NCBI GenBank assembly: GCA_024679065.1
Contig: JAGIQG010000020.1
Location: forward strand, 35,898,001 to 35,962,000
Source: Sphyrna mokarran
Taxonomy: Eukaryota
Length of the DNA stretch: 64,000 bases
Direction of reading: 5' to 3'
Below are positions 25,401 to 37,149 of the stretch, piece by piece. The translations under genes were made by a program, and so were the position numbers. The notes below the pieces were generated by a model that did no database searches, had not been told where the DNA came from, and saw only the letters and a program-made list of their open reading frames with translations. Position 1 is the stretch's first letter. Every line of letters begins with the position of its first letter.

Positions 25401-25864
25401 GTTTCATACAGAGAGGGATCGTCTTTGAAGCCAGCCACAAGGAGAAGAGACGAGGTATGCGGGTTTCGTAGGCCTCGTGTATCTTCCGGATGTCCTCCAA
25501 TTTCTTCCCATCCGGTCCAGGCGCGCTATCCTCCTTTATGCCCTTGATGGCCTGGGTGACCTCCTCTTCGGTGATTGGCTTCATCAACTCACCGTTATCT
25601 GTATTCCCATTGTACGCTTGGAATTTATTGATATTTGCCTTATTGTTCTGACTGGAGAGTTTCTCCCGAAAGCTTGCCTCCAGTTCCTCAGTCGTAAGTG
25701 GACATTTCATTTGTGTAGGCGCGCCCATGATCTGCCAGGCTAGTTGACGCCTATTGTTCTTATAGAGCATCTGTGTTGCTCTAAAGACGGATTTCTGTTT
25801 TGCCCATCGTTTCTTTGCTCCACTATTAACCTCGTGCCGAGGCCCTCGCATGAATTTCATGAAT
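22453..25864 (-). mobile_element. 5'-truncated R2-clade non-LTR retrotransposon inserted outside rDNA
   Basis: CpG-rich block with sharp boundaries. Contains the RT-RLE ORF and a ~840-nt 3' UTR ending ATTTAAAA. Both flanks belong to one interrupted host repeat and no rRNA sequence is nearby. Confidence 0.9.
22784..22982 (-). mobile_element. tRNA-head plus V-domain SINE core embedded in the R2 3' UTR
   Basis: Minus strand GGGCAGCACG..ACTAGCACTG..GGAGTTTGCACATTCTCCCTGTG..CTCCGGTTTCCTCCCACA..GATTGGCGAAACTAAAGTGTC is collinear with the HE1 copies in this window. A and B boxes are degenerate and the HE1 tail is absent. Confidence 0.85.
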
Positions 25865-25875
25865 TGTAGGTACAT
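23293..25875 (-). CDS. R2 retrotransposon protein (RT, zinc knuckle, restriction-like endonuclease), lacking N-terminal zinc-finger/Myb domains
   Basis: 860 aa with no stops. RT motifs PGPDG, NWRPITIG, QKGF, FVDLAKAFDSV, GVKQGDPLSP, LAFADD, KYLG, GGLGIP. CCHC knuckle CRRC..ETLGHISGFC, then RIKRHN, KPDI..VDVTV..K..KY and GARGKW. Confidence 0.95.
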   Translation of the reverse strand: MYLQFMKFMRGPRHEVNSGAKKRWAKQKSVFRATQMLYKNNRRQLAWQIMGAPTQMKCPLTTEELEASFREKLSSQNNKANINKFQAYNGNTDNGELMKPITEEEVTQAIKGIKEDSAPGPDGKKLEDIRKIHEAYETRIPRLFSLWLASKTIPLCMKQSRTVLIPKCEDRERLKNIDNWRPITIGPMLPRLFTKIMAKRLSETVDINPRQKGFLAATPGCNENIAVLQNIMRGAKKNHKDLAVVFVDLAKAFDSVGHKLLIKALQRVKLPDAFVELIQNLYTGNTTVVEGDKSKTTPITIERGVKQGDPLSPVLFNIALDPLLCSLEAAKSGVSMMLDGVRINCSALAFADDIALLSDSHTGMVRNLKVLQTFCEMTGLTVNINKTKGFHFTCKRKTFIYQCKNWRIQKEEIAYIPPGETEKYLGARIDPWAGVEEGAWEDRLKTWISSLQAAALRPRQRVELLTVHVIPRLYYHLILTEASQNTLVKLDQLIRHAVKQFLHLPPHTTDGILYSRARNGGLGIPKLEIQIPSAVIRKWEALSASTDQVIRASFQFCEQDVGRNIEDLRSLKALRDIEDFMPTREFGGNDETAMIRAALPILAAEETGPSKPLNRYAGWREWEFHKWRQLTSQGVGVHYYHDDRISNSWMKAAYQLKSHRLVYNMLLRCNLYPTRVTLSRGNPSATKTCRRCGTGLETLGHISGFCPFVKNCRIKRHNKILDQLHKYVGKYGWTSYLEPRLIAKDGSLWKPDIVFKREKDQQVAVVDVTVRFEDNYDSLEKAWQEKCQKYQHLGPEIEELTGCPNPKYFGFVVGARGKWLEKNNSLMAFLGIKRFRSFAQQISRLTLSLPLEILGIFNDR

Positions 25876-26613
25876 CCCATATGGTGCTGTTAAGTAGCAA
25901 GTTCAGGATTTTGATCCTGTAAAAGGAACAGCAATGTAACTCCAAGTCTGAGTGCAATTTTTTCAAATGTACACAATGCTGACCAAGATGAGAAAACCAG
26001 TGCGAAGCCTTGTAGGCAGCACAGCAAGCTTTTCTTGCTACATTGAGCAACACTAATTTCAAAGGGGAAGCAGGAATCAATCAGCTGGAGATGAGGGCCT
26101 AATAAGTCAAAGAACACCCTGATCTCAGATTTTAAAAAGCACCCCTCTTCCCAAAATGGGGCCATACACAGGGCACCAACTGGGCATTATGCTAACTTGC
26201 CCCCAGTGTAGGTCTTCATTTCTAAAATACAACTACAGATAGATTTTACCTTGAAGTTTTTGTGATGATGTCCTGGGAGTGATATGATTGACCTTCAATA
26301 AGCACAACCATCTTTTATGCTAGTTTTATACTACCCCCTGATTTCTCTTCAGTCCAGTTTTGCAAGGCCAGACTAGGTCAAGTTCTATCTTGATGGTATG
26401 GGCGATCTCTGCCTCACCCTCTCTAGAATTCTATTCTTCTGTTCATATTTGGACCAAGGCTATAATTAGATCATGAATTTTGCCTTGGCAAAACACAAAC
26501 TGAGCATGTTATTGTTGCACAAGTGCTGCTTGATAACACATCTGATGACACTTTTTTTGCTGATGATTAAGCAGAGATTAATAGGCCAGGTTAGATTTGT
26601 CCTTGTGTACCAT

Positions 26614-27710
26614 CATGATGCAGAGATGCCAGTGTTGGATTGGGGTAAACACTGCAAGTAGTATCTCAACACCAAATAAAATCTAATGGATTTATTTGGT
26701 AGCAAAAGCCACTAGCATTTTGAGCACTGCTCCTTTGTCAGGTAGTGGGAGCTCTGTTCACAAACAGGGCATACAAGGAAACTTAATTTACAAAATGGTT
26801 GGAATGCAAGTCTTTACAAGTAATCAAGTTTTTTTAAAAAGTACAGACAAGTTGAGTGGAAAGGCAGCTAGCACAAGTGGAAGAGATCTTATTGTCCCTA
26901 GCTCAGCAGTTAGTGAGATTTTGTAAAGTCAAGGCTTCAAACGTGTCATTGATGATGAAGACAAACATCTCACTAAGACCATCCCTACACCCCTACTTCT
27001 TGCCTTCAAACAACTGCATAACCTCAGACCATTGTCCACAGCAAACTACCCATCCTTAGGGAGAATAGTGACCACAACACCACACAGCAACCTCTGCAAG
27101 ACATACTGGATCACTGACATGGATGCCATGCAAGAACACCATCTGCTAGATACATGGTGCATATGCCTGCAACTTGGCCAACATTGTCTACTGATACCTC
27201 AGTATTCTTTGCTCAGTGTATGGTACATTGAGGAGGCCATGCAGGCATATGACAACAGATGAATGAACACCACTCGACAATTACCTGGCAGGGTGTTCTC
27301 TTTGTTAATGAATACTTCAGCAGTCACAGGCATTCAGCCTTTGACCTCTGGCTGAGCTGAGCTTTCTCCAAAGTGGCCTTTACAACAGAGTCACTAAACA
27401 GAGACTGAGCCAAATTCCTCACACGAGGATGTCCTGAACCAGGATCTAGGCCATATCACACTAAACTTGGTGGGATTTCGCAAGCCCAAACAACTGTCCT
27501 GGCTGGAAACAATACACATCTTTAACTTGTGCTTAACCTTCTCTTCACTTATCTTCTGTACCTTTAAGACTTAACTAACTCTAAAGAGTTGGATTCCAAC
27601 CTCTATTTTGTAAATTGAGTTTGTGAACATAACTTCCACTTACCTGATAAAAAAGCAGCACTCTGAAAGCTAATAAGTCTGTTGGACTTTAACAGAGTGC
27701 TGAGACATTT
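26614..27710 (+). mobile_element. Penelope-like element remnant: GIY-YIG 3' part flanked by inverted pseudo-LTRs
   Basis: Frameshifted peptides PTPLLLAFKQLHNLR, HSNLCKT, ACNLANIVY and WYIEEAMQ..QQMNEH. Decayed hammerhead CCTGATAAAAAAGCAGCACTCTGAAAGCT at ~27643-27671. The left end carries the inverted terminal copy. Confidence 0.8.
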
Positions 27711-29424
27711 GTGAATAGGATATAAGTGGTCAATTTTATACTGTCAGTTAAATGCCTGTGTTGTAAGCATACTGGAGGCACAGCTAGTTCTGGAGCACAA
27801 GTCTTTCATACTATTGTCTACATAGTTAGGGCCATAGCTTTTGCAATAGCCAGTGCCTACAGCTGTCTCTTGATATTACTTGGAATGGATTAAATTGGCT
27901 GAACATTACTGCAGTAACCACTGAACTTGCAGCATAAAATCTATAAAGCCCAACTCGTCTGGGACTATTCATACTGCAGACAACCCTATTACCACTCCCT
28001 CTTCCCAACCTGTCCCCCATCTTCCTACCACCTGCTCTGTCAGGTGCACCAAGCCCCCACCTAAACAGTCTGCTTCAACCACTTCTGGCATCAATTTCAC
28101 ATTTTTTAATCACGTAAAATGAAGTCCTCATTCTCTAGATGGTCTTAGTGACCATCCTCTGCTTATTTTGAGTGTTTTGGATTCAGTGGAACAGTTGTTC
28201 CACATCAAACCCCTTCATAATGTACAAAAATTTAATTAAGTCTTCTTGTGGTAATCATTTTTCCAGAGAGCCACAACCCACACAATTTTTCCTCCCCATA
28301 AGAAGAGTTTTATTACTACACTCATTTTCCATTTACTTTATTAAAGTGCCATTGATACTTAAACTTATGCAACTTGACTTGAAACACAAGAAAAAAACCA
28401 ATCACACTTAAGCAGACACACTGGCAGCCAAACTAACTCATTTGTTGCAGTAGCAACAGAGAGCTCTCAAACAGACTAAGAGCACAACTGGAATTTTCTA
28501 AATGTGTAAAGGCAGTAAAATCTGTGGGCCTTCTATCAGAAGAAGAACATTAACATCGTCAATTGACATCAGGGCCCTCCCAATGGGTCCCCTGGTGGTC
28601 CACACGTAAGACCAAACCCCAGGGATGAAGTGGTGCACACCATTAAAAAGGGGGCCAGGAAGATTTCACATCAGGTGTGAATAAGACTTAACATTGCACA
28701 CTATTTTCCCAACTCACCAAGCTAATCACTGGGTGTGGCAAGGTAGTAAAATCCCAATCATCTCCAGAGACAGGTGCCAGAAGGCCTACTATTGTTTACC
28801 AGGATTTTGGGCTATGGTTTGGTACTCATGGTTTGTTAGGCCCTCACTCCTCATATACCTTCACTGCCCCCCCTCCAAACAAGCAACAAAAATACCCCCC
28901 CTCCATATTCTGACATCCCCCAATTAGGCCATTTGGCAATCATACAACAGAAGCAGGTTGAACATCTGGTCAGACATTTTCAGATGAGTTCATTATGAAT
29001 GCATAACTGCAAGAATAGGTAAACTGAGGCCATTAGACACATACATGGGGAGTGAAAGGTCTGTTTCATTGACATTTATTACTTTGCAAGAGCCCGATCC
29101 TTCAAACACTGGAAAGTTGGCAAGAACAGCTACACATGTGCACTCAGCATGATCAGCACTGAGTCTCAGGCCCTGGAATTACAGGATAGATACAAGACTG
29201 AAAACAATCCAAGGGTAGATGCAAGTGCAGGTGAAGAATAACCCAGGAATACAGCAAGACTGAGCCAAAGACCTGCTGAAATGAACAGCATGATCAATGA
29301 TTTTTAGCTCCATTCCCAATTCAAAGACAGCAAAATTAATGGCCTAGTCAGCAGCAAGAAGGGAACACACCAAGAGGATGAGCAAACAAATGCCAGCAAC
29401 CCTTACAGAAAGCCAAGAATCAGT

Positions 29425-29625
29425 TGGTAGCATGTCAGAAGCTGAAGAGCTCAGGTTCCAGTCCCACTCTGGTACTTGGGCATAAGGATCAAGACAGAGC
29501 AGTGCTCTGCTCTGTCTTTTGAATGAGACATTAAACAAATTTGCACCTGCCTCCTCAACAGGATGCAAAGATTCCATGTCACTGTTTTAAATTATCTGGT
29601 CATTATCTCAATGTTAATGACATTT
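29425..29625 (+). mobile_element. Deu-domain SINE remnant
   Basis: GGTTCCAGTCCCACTC B-box-like motif; GTCTTTTGAATGAGACATTAAAC and GGATGCAAAGATTCCATGTCACTGTTT. Confidence 0.6.
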
Positions 29626-31854
29626 AGATTTTTAAAGTGGCACTGGCATACAGATGTTTGTCTGTGATATTGATATTGTCACAAGCAGAAGGCCCTGGCA
29701 ATCTGGAGGAGCAAGGGACTGATAAAAGGTGTTGGGTGCTTGCACAGCAATCTCAGGATTGTTCCCTATATTTAAAACCATTAACCTTATCCCCTGCTCA
29801 TGAGGTAGGGGAGGCAGATTAAAACTATAGAATTTGAATTCAACTTCCTCCTCAACAATTTGAGGTCAAATGTGTTGACAAATTGAGAATTTGGTCATCC
29901 TTTTTCTTTATGTACTATACCTTAAAACTTTGAATGTTACTCATCTTTGTTCCATCTCCTTACATATTGACAGTGTCACAACTTGATTCAGAATTACTAA
30001 TGTAAAAGGATAGCAACGTCAAAAATTTGACCATTTGGCTGTCCCAGGAGTACAGACAGCAAACATCTGCACAAGATCCTGAGCCATCAGTCTTTCAGTC
30101 AATGACCTTATATGGATAAACATTTTTATACAAGACACCAAATTTAAGCCAAGCCAGTCATCAAGTAGCTGTAGTGCCAAGTTGTGGATTGAGCAAAGCC
30201 AGTGAAAGCATTACTAATTCTATATTTTCTTGTTGGCTGAGGTGGATTCCCAAGTCACATGAAGGGATTAGTAAATTATACCCCTTCAGAAGTATTTACT
30301 ACTCTTTCCAGTGTTCCAGCCTTCCAGGAAAAATGATTCCCTCTGGAATAAACCAAGATAGCCTTCCAGCAATGTTAAAATATTGCAGAAATGTACAAAT
30401 TAAGTGCCTCAAATTAGTGGAATTTGTTTTAGAACAGTTCACTAAACAGCATTTAATGTAATAAAATTTGCTCACAATGCTTCAAAGCAGTCAAATATCA
30501 TACTAGCAGGTATTGAGGTTTTTGTGCTCAGACCAAAAAGTACCACAGTAAATTATGCAAGGATAAACTAAATTGGGCAATTGTTTTAAAATTAAATCTT
30601 TAAATCTGCAAATAGCCAAGAAAATGTACAATTTTAGCAAACTTTATATAAAGTCATGGAATTATTAGTTACACCTCAAAGATAGCAGCAGTTATTAGGA
30701 GAGAGTGTCCAGTATGGAGTAACATTTAACATTAAAATCAAGCTTTCACTATTGCAAGGCAGCTCTTGATAAGTGTCTTTTTCAGCATTCCTTGTGGATT
30801 AGGAGTAGTACTGTCCCCCAGACCCTCAGGGAAGCAATTGCTCCTGTCCCAAAACAACTTTCAACAAACTTAACAGAATGCAATCAACTCTTCGCTGCAT
30901 TTGTTAACTGCCCACCTCCCATTAAATTTTGATAGCCAAGCAAAGAGAAACCAATAAAAGGATGAGATCCTGTCATTAATTTCTTTGGTCATTTTGGGCT
31001 CCCCTTAACTCTCCTATAAACACTGGTGGCAGTGTCTTCCATAACAGAAGAAAAATTGTTGAGGGAGAAAGAGAAAGAGGTGCTTTTTATCATGCAATTG
31101 CAGGTAGAAGATCTGACATGAATGGACAAACATTCATATGCAACATTTTCACTTGCCCTTGTCAGTAACAAGAGCTTGGGTTAAGATAATCATAATAAAC
31201 AATGGAGGCAATTGAGCCCATGCTCTGCCTGTAGAATGATAGCATGTGCTCACAATCCAGAGAGCATGTGCAGAGAGCTTCCAGTCTTACCAGCCCCTTG
31301 CTGGAGGAGTGATGTGAAGCACACTACAGGAACACAAAACTCATTTTAATACATCAAGTACTTGTCTCGGACTCAGTCAGCATTCTCTGCACATGCAGTG
31401 CTCTGAAGTGGATTCCAGCAACACATGTTCAACTCTGGGCAGGGGTTCCAGAATCAACATTTCAGTGAGTTGTCAGGGGTTATTTGCAGGCCTTACTTTG
31501 ATGCCATGGTGCCCTTTGTTTTAAAGGGTTTGTGAAGGCAGGTATTGCTTTCTATGCCCATCTTCCTGAGTTCTTGTCCATATTGTAGCTTAGAGAGTGC
31601 CCTTCCTTAGTGGGGTCAAGCAAGAGGGTAGGAGAGGTATAGCACTGCTGTTCTCAAAGGGGATGAGGCACTTAGTGATTCCTCAAACTTGGGTCAAAAA
31701 CAGATAGGGTGGTGGGTGAACAAGGTGACATTTACTTCCAAACATTCAAATCAAAATGGTGATTCAACATTGGCACCAATATGCACCCATACTCATGGTA
31801 TTTTTGTGATCCTCCAAGTATATCAAGATGTTCCCCAGCTGAGGTTGAGGTGAC

Positions 31855-32155
31855 ATTGTCTGTACCTTTAAGGCTTGATTACCTGTGAAGACTTGCATTC
31901 CAACCATTTTGTAAATTGATGATGCCTTACTTAAATGCCCTGGGCATTTAAATGGTCATTGGATAAATGGATGATTTTGGAATAGTGTAGGGCTTTTGGT
32001 TTTACAGGTCAGCACAACATCGAAGGCTAAAGGCACTGTAATGTTCTATGTTTGTGAACAGAACTCCCACTTACCTGATGAAATAACAGTACTCCAATAG
32101 TGGCTTTTCCAACCAGATAAACCTGTTGCATTTTAACCTGGTGTTGAGACTTTTT
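31855..32155 (+). mobile_element. Penelope terminal fragment interrupted by a CR1-type tail
   Basis: Similar to 27550-27710 (CTGTACCTTTAAG..GCATTCCAACC..GAACTCCCACTTACCTGATGAA), with ~31930-32050 of different origin. Confidence 0.65.
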
Positions 32156-32655
32156 ACGGTGTTTCCTTCATGGGTGTCGAGACATTGAGTCCCTTGCCTG
32201 TATTCTTATCAATCCTTTTCTCTTCAGGTTCCTGGGGTGCCTCTGTGCTTCTAATAGGGATGGAAAGGCAGTTGGAGTGTAACAAAGAAGTCTCACCATC
32301 CTCTGATGATAATACTTCTGGATTTCCACCAGTGCCTGCCCCATGCAGTCAATATCTTGCACCATAATCCAGCCATCTTCTGCTATGAGCACACGTCCTG
32401 TACAAAAGATATCCACTGCAGACAATGCAGTGTTGGTCTCTATGCACTGCAGTGATGGCACCATCTCCTCAGATAGAACGCAATGCAATTCCTCAACAAG
32501 TTTTGCATTCAGGAGGAATTGCTGTCATCCTTCCCAAATACTGTGACTCTGCCTTTGCAGCTGTGGCACAACTGGACCCTGGGACATATCAGCAAGGGAC
32601 TCAGTCCTGGCCTATGGTATTCCTACATATGCTGGGTTCTGGGACATCCTGAAAA

Positions 32656-33457
32656 TGTGACAGTACTATGCCTTTAAGAAATATATTTTAATCATGTCTC
32701 AGGTGGAGAATGTTTTAGTCTGTGGGATTTTTCCAGAGCTGTGGTATCAGTAGCCAGTGTCCTTTATTGTTACTGAAGCAGTATAATTGACATGTTGGTT
32801 TTAATCTGAACGAATGCAGTATTCTGTTGCTTCAGCACTTCTGATGGTAGTGGAGCTCAATGGGGGGGGGCATTGGAGGGTGGGAATTGTGGCAATTGGA
32901 AAGTCAGTTCAGGTAGCTGGGGACACTTGTGTTTACAGAAGTGTCGTTTTAGTTTCATTTTTTCAGAAGCTGATAAAGATAGCAGTTCCTTCCATCCACC
33001 CCCCCGCCCTCCTCCAGAGTTAGAGGTTGAGATTCTATTATCTAGAGATGACAGTTTTTGGAAGCTGCCAGAGACTGGATTTATTTGAGGTTTTATGGAT
33101 TGGAGGATATGCCTTTCTCTGAAGACTCAGATTTGCTGTTCAGAAGTGTTAAAAAGCTGGAAATCCAGCATCATGAGCATACTTGTTTTTGTGCTAAAAA
33201 TGCTAAAGAATGGTGCATGTCTCTGGAATATTGCTTCATGTTGGAAGATACAAGCTGTTAAGAGTTATACTGTGCCATGTTTAAGTCTTATTTTTGTTAT
33301 ATTCTGTTTTGACTTCATTTGATGAAAGCTTTCTAGCAGATCACTTGAATTATACTTGGAATGAAATACTTATGCCAATGCCAAAATCAGATGCAAAAAA
33401 CTTGGGGTATAGGCCAGCTTCACAAAACATCTGGAGTTTCTGGCCCGAGTCTCAATA
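32656..33457. mobile_element. Possible solo LTR relic
   Basis: Begins TGTGACAG; composition and end motifs resemble other LTR-like blocks (~980-1620, ~18200-19300, ~39000-39600 ending TGTAACA). Weak support. Confidence 0.3.
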
Positions 33458-35599
33458 GGGGAGGTGGTCTGGTGGGGAACTGGGAGTGGCTCACTTATGC
33501 TGTCTTAGCAAAGAAGGTCATTCATCATCTTCTGACACTGCCCCATCCTCCTGAAATGTGCTTGCATTGATCATGACTGCCACTGCATCCCAAGTGTGGG
33601 TGAAGACTCTGCTAGAAGGCAGTCTCCTGGAGCAGGCATGGAATGTGTCCCACTTCTGCTCCACTCCATCCACATCCTCGAGAACTTCCTCCAAACAAAG
33701 CTGGTGCTGCCTCCTTGTCTGCTACCTCCTTTAAACTGTTGTGAAACAAGTGCTGGGAAGCCATTTATATGATTTCCCTAGTACTTGCAAAAGTTAAGTC
33801 ATTGTGTGGCAGGCACAGAGTTAACACATTGAAGCAGCATGAAACTAGCAATCATTTTTATGCTCCAAATGAGGTATAAGATTTCACTAAGTGCACCTTT
33901 TTTGGTGCCAGAGCCAATACTTCCATTTTTGGAAATTTTTCACCCGAATTATTTTGATGTGGATTGCTGCTGGAAATGCCTACTAGAAAAAAATGAAGCA
34001 CAAAGAATAAATTCTTAAATTAAAGGATATGGAAAAGGGATTGAGAACTGGAAACCAAATGGAAAACTAAGTGTACAAGCACAATGGCTTAAGCAGTCTC
34101 TGGAAAATACTTGCATGAAGTAGTTAAAAATAGTACACCACCCATAATTTTCATTCCAATTGCAGTATACAAAACATCTAGCAATACTAAATTGTTTGGA
34201 ATGCAAAGCAGCAAACAAGAGTCATGAAATGGGTATTGTTAATTTGAGAAGTGGGGGAGGGGCTGGGAGGAAGTAGGACACTCTTAGAATTATCCTTCTA
34301 AATTTCCCTTGTGACAAACAGTATTTAACCGTGGCTTAGTGTCCCTTCCAATGGCACATCCCAGATCTTGAATTTCTTGTTTAGTCAATCCAGCATTATG
34401 TAGTCTTCAAAAAGTTGTTTATAGTAAATTTTTATGTCAGAAAACAGAAATACAAATAAAATACTAGAGATAAAAGAAAAAAAAGCAGATATTGGACTCT
34501 AGTTAGTGAAAAAAGGTTGAGATTAAATTAATCTTTACACTGCTAAATGACAATTCTTCAAATGCAATTAATTGGATGTGAAGCATTAGAGTATCCTGTG
34601 GATGTTAAAAAGGTGCAATACAAACAAGGTCAAACTTAGTCAAAGAGTGAAAGTTAATGTAGGCAACAAGGGTCTACCATCAGTTGGAGTGCTAGCAAAA
34701 GCCCTGCATTAGGTCTCAAAGGCCTGCCACATTAAGTGCTAATGTGGCTAGCAACAGGCCTTACCTGGGATCAAGGACCACAGGGGGCAGAAGGCCAGCC
34801 TACCAAAAGCTGCCAGAGCTCAGCAGTTCTTAATTATTCAGCAATGCAACTAGTGAAGGGTAGCAGTTATCAGTAATGCACTCACCCAAGGTTCAGGATC
34901 ACTAACTGATGGCAGGAGAGAAAACTGCAGGGAAGGTCTTCAAGGGCACAGGGAATGGCTCACAGCAGACTTAATCTACTTTTCATGTCAAATTCTTTAG
35001 TCAGATACAGAGTGCTTTTGAAAGAGGAAACCCCACCACTCCCCCCTCCACAGTCCCATCCCTTCCCAGAAACCCAGATGCAACTAGAGCATCATTAGCT
35101 GATGAGCTGTCCACATGGCAAGTCAATGCCTTCCCACTACATATTTAACTGGGGCAGAGGCAGTAAGGCAGCAGAACCAACCTCTCTGATTAATGAAGTT
35201 ATCCCCTGCCACCAAACTTGCTGCAGGGAAGGTGTTAAATTCTGTCCAAATATAAACAGCTCAAATTTGTAAAATTTGTGAACCAAGTTAGATCTCAAAT
35301 TGGCTGAGTGACAAGAAATCAGAGTAGTGGTTAATAGTTGTTTTTCAAACTACTACCATGTGCCCTAACGAACACATGTCAAAATTGAAATTCTTCAGCC
35401 AATTGGCAGCCTATTCAGCCAGATGTAGAGCAGAGAGATTCAAACCTTCTGACTTAATGCAGCATGTTTTACAGTTTGCACAATTGCAAAGGATGAATCA
35501 GTGTCACCAACAGAAGATGATTGGGCTGGAGAGAAGCCAGCAATCAGGGCTGAGGGTGCCTGGTCTTCATAGTAGAAAATAAAGATTTTTCAAAAACTA

Positions 35600-36860
35600 G
35601 TTAATGCTGCAATAACCATCAGGGAGAAATTATTGAATAAAGTCAGATAAGCCTCCAGGACCTAATGGCCTATGCCCGAGGGTATTAAATGGACGTGGCA
35701 GCAAAGGTAGTGAATATATTTGTTGTGATACTTCAAAATCACATGAATTTTGGTAAGGCCCCACTGTATTGGAAATATCCTGATGTGATGACCCATTCAA
35801 AAAAGGGAGACAGGCAAAAAGTGGGAAACTATAGGCTAGTTAGCTTGACCTCTGTCCTGAGGAAGTTGCTAGAATCAGATGATTGAACATTTGGAAAGAC
35901 AAGCTCAATCCATCATTGTTAGCATGGTTTTATGAAGAGCAAGACTTGCTTGAGTATTTGGGATATAACTAGCAAGACAGATAGCAGGGAGCCTATGATT
36001 GTGATATATCTGGACTTCCAGACAGCATTTGATAAGGTGCCACAAGGGACTGATCCAAGTGGTGAGATCACAGCAGATTGGGTGTAGAGTACAAGATTGA
36101 TTGACTGAGTGACAGTTGCCATTTATTGCAAAAGGAATAGAGTACAAAAGGAGTGGAGTAGAGTACTGTGCTAATTGTATAGAACGTACAGAGTTAGGTG
36201 AGACCACATCAAGGGTATTGTGTCCAGTTCTGGTCTCTATTTAGAGATAGAATCCCTACAGTGAAAGAAGTCATTCAGTCCATCAAATCTGCAACAATCA
36301 CAATCCCACATAGACCTTGTCACTATAAATTTATCCTGCCAAATCCCTGACACTAAGGAACAATTTAGCATGGCCAATCCATCTGAGAAAGGATATGATG
36401 GCATTGGAGGTGGTTCATTTGAGGTTTGCCAGATTGATTCTGGAGATGAAAAGGTTAACTTATGAGGAGAGATTTAACAGTTTGGGCTTGTACTTGCTCA
36501 AATTTAGAATGAGGGGATCTGATATGGTATATAAAAAAGTAATGGATTGATGAAGCAAATACAGGCCAAATATTTCCTCTTATGGGGAAACCTAGAAGAG
36601 GTTGTCACAAGTATAGAAGAGTTAGATTTAAAACTATAATGGAGGAATAACTTCAGTGGGGGATAAATTTGTGAAACTCACTGCCCCATAGTACAGTGGG
36701 ATCTGAATCAAATGGTTGAGGAAGAGATATATTCTGGATTTAAAAATAAGTTAAGAGGATATGGGGAACAGGTAAAGAGGTGGGTGAGACCAGGGAGAGA
36801 TCAACCATGATCTGACTGAATGACAGAACAGGCTTGAAGGGCTGAATTTACCTACTTTTG
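35600..36860 (+). mobile_element. Decayed CR1 LINE ORF2 with a nested SINE tail (~36250-36380)
   Basis: KKGDRQKVGNYRLVSLTS, IYLDFQTAFDKVP and YCVQFWS remnants; CR1-type tail. Confidence 0.85.
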
Positions 36861-37149
36861 CAGTGTGTGGAGTTTGCATGTTCTGCGATCCAACTCCAAG
36901 TTCCAGAGGAATCAAGCTAAATGTCAAACGTCATCTTGATCAAACCTTAAAAGTACAAAGACAAAAAAAGTAACACTGAACAGAATTTTCCAACTGTTCA
37001 TGCCAGTGGGGTTTCTGGTCCCACTGCAGTGAATGGAGATTTGGCTCAATGCTGAATCTCCAGCAGTGGCAGGGCTTGAACAGCCAGAAAATCCCAGTTA
37101 CTAAGCTAGAATCAGAAGTGTTATTTGGACAAGAAAGCCCATGTAGGTC

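Noticed and set aside
23108-25743. Several plus-strand ORFs overlapping the R2 ORF
   Set aside because: Antisense shadows of a GC-richer coding sequence, with no motifs.
25865-25905. Cryptic acceptor (CTTGCTACTTAACAG, AG at 25888-25887) that could splice the SMTN exon onto the R2 ORF
   Set aside because: A phase-0 join would be out of frame (11 nt to the ATG) and reaches TGA at the tenth codon, so no fusion protein.
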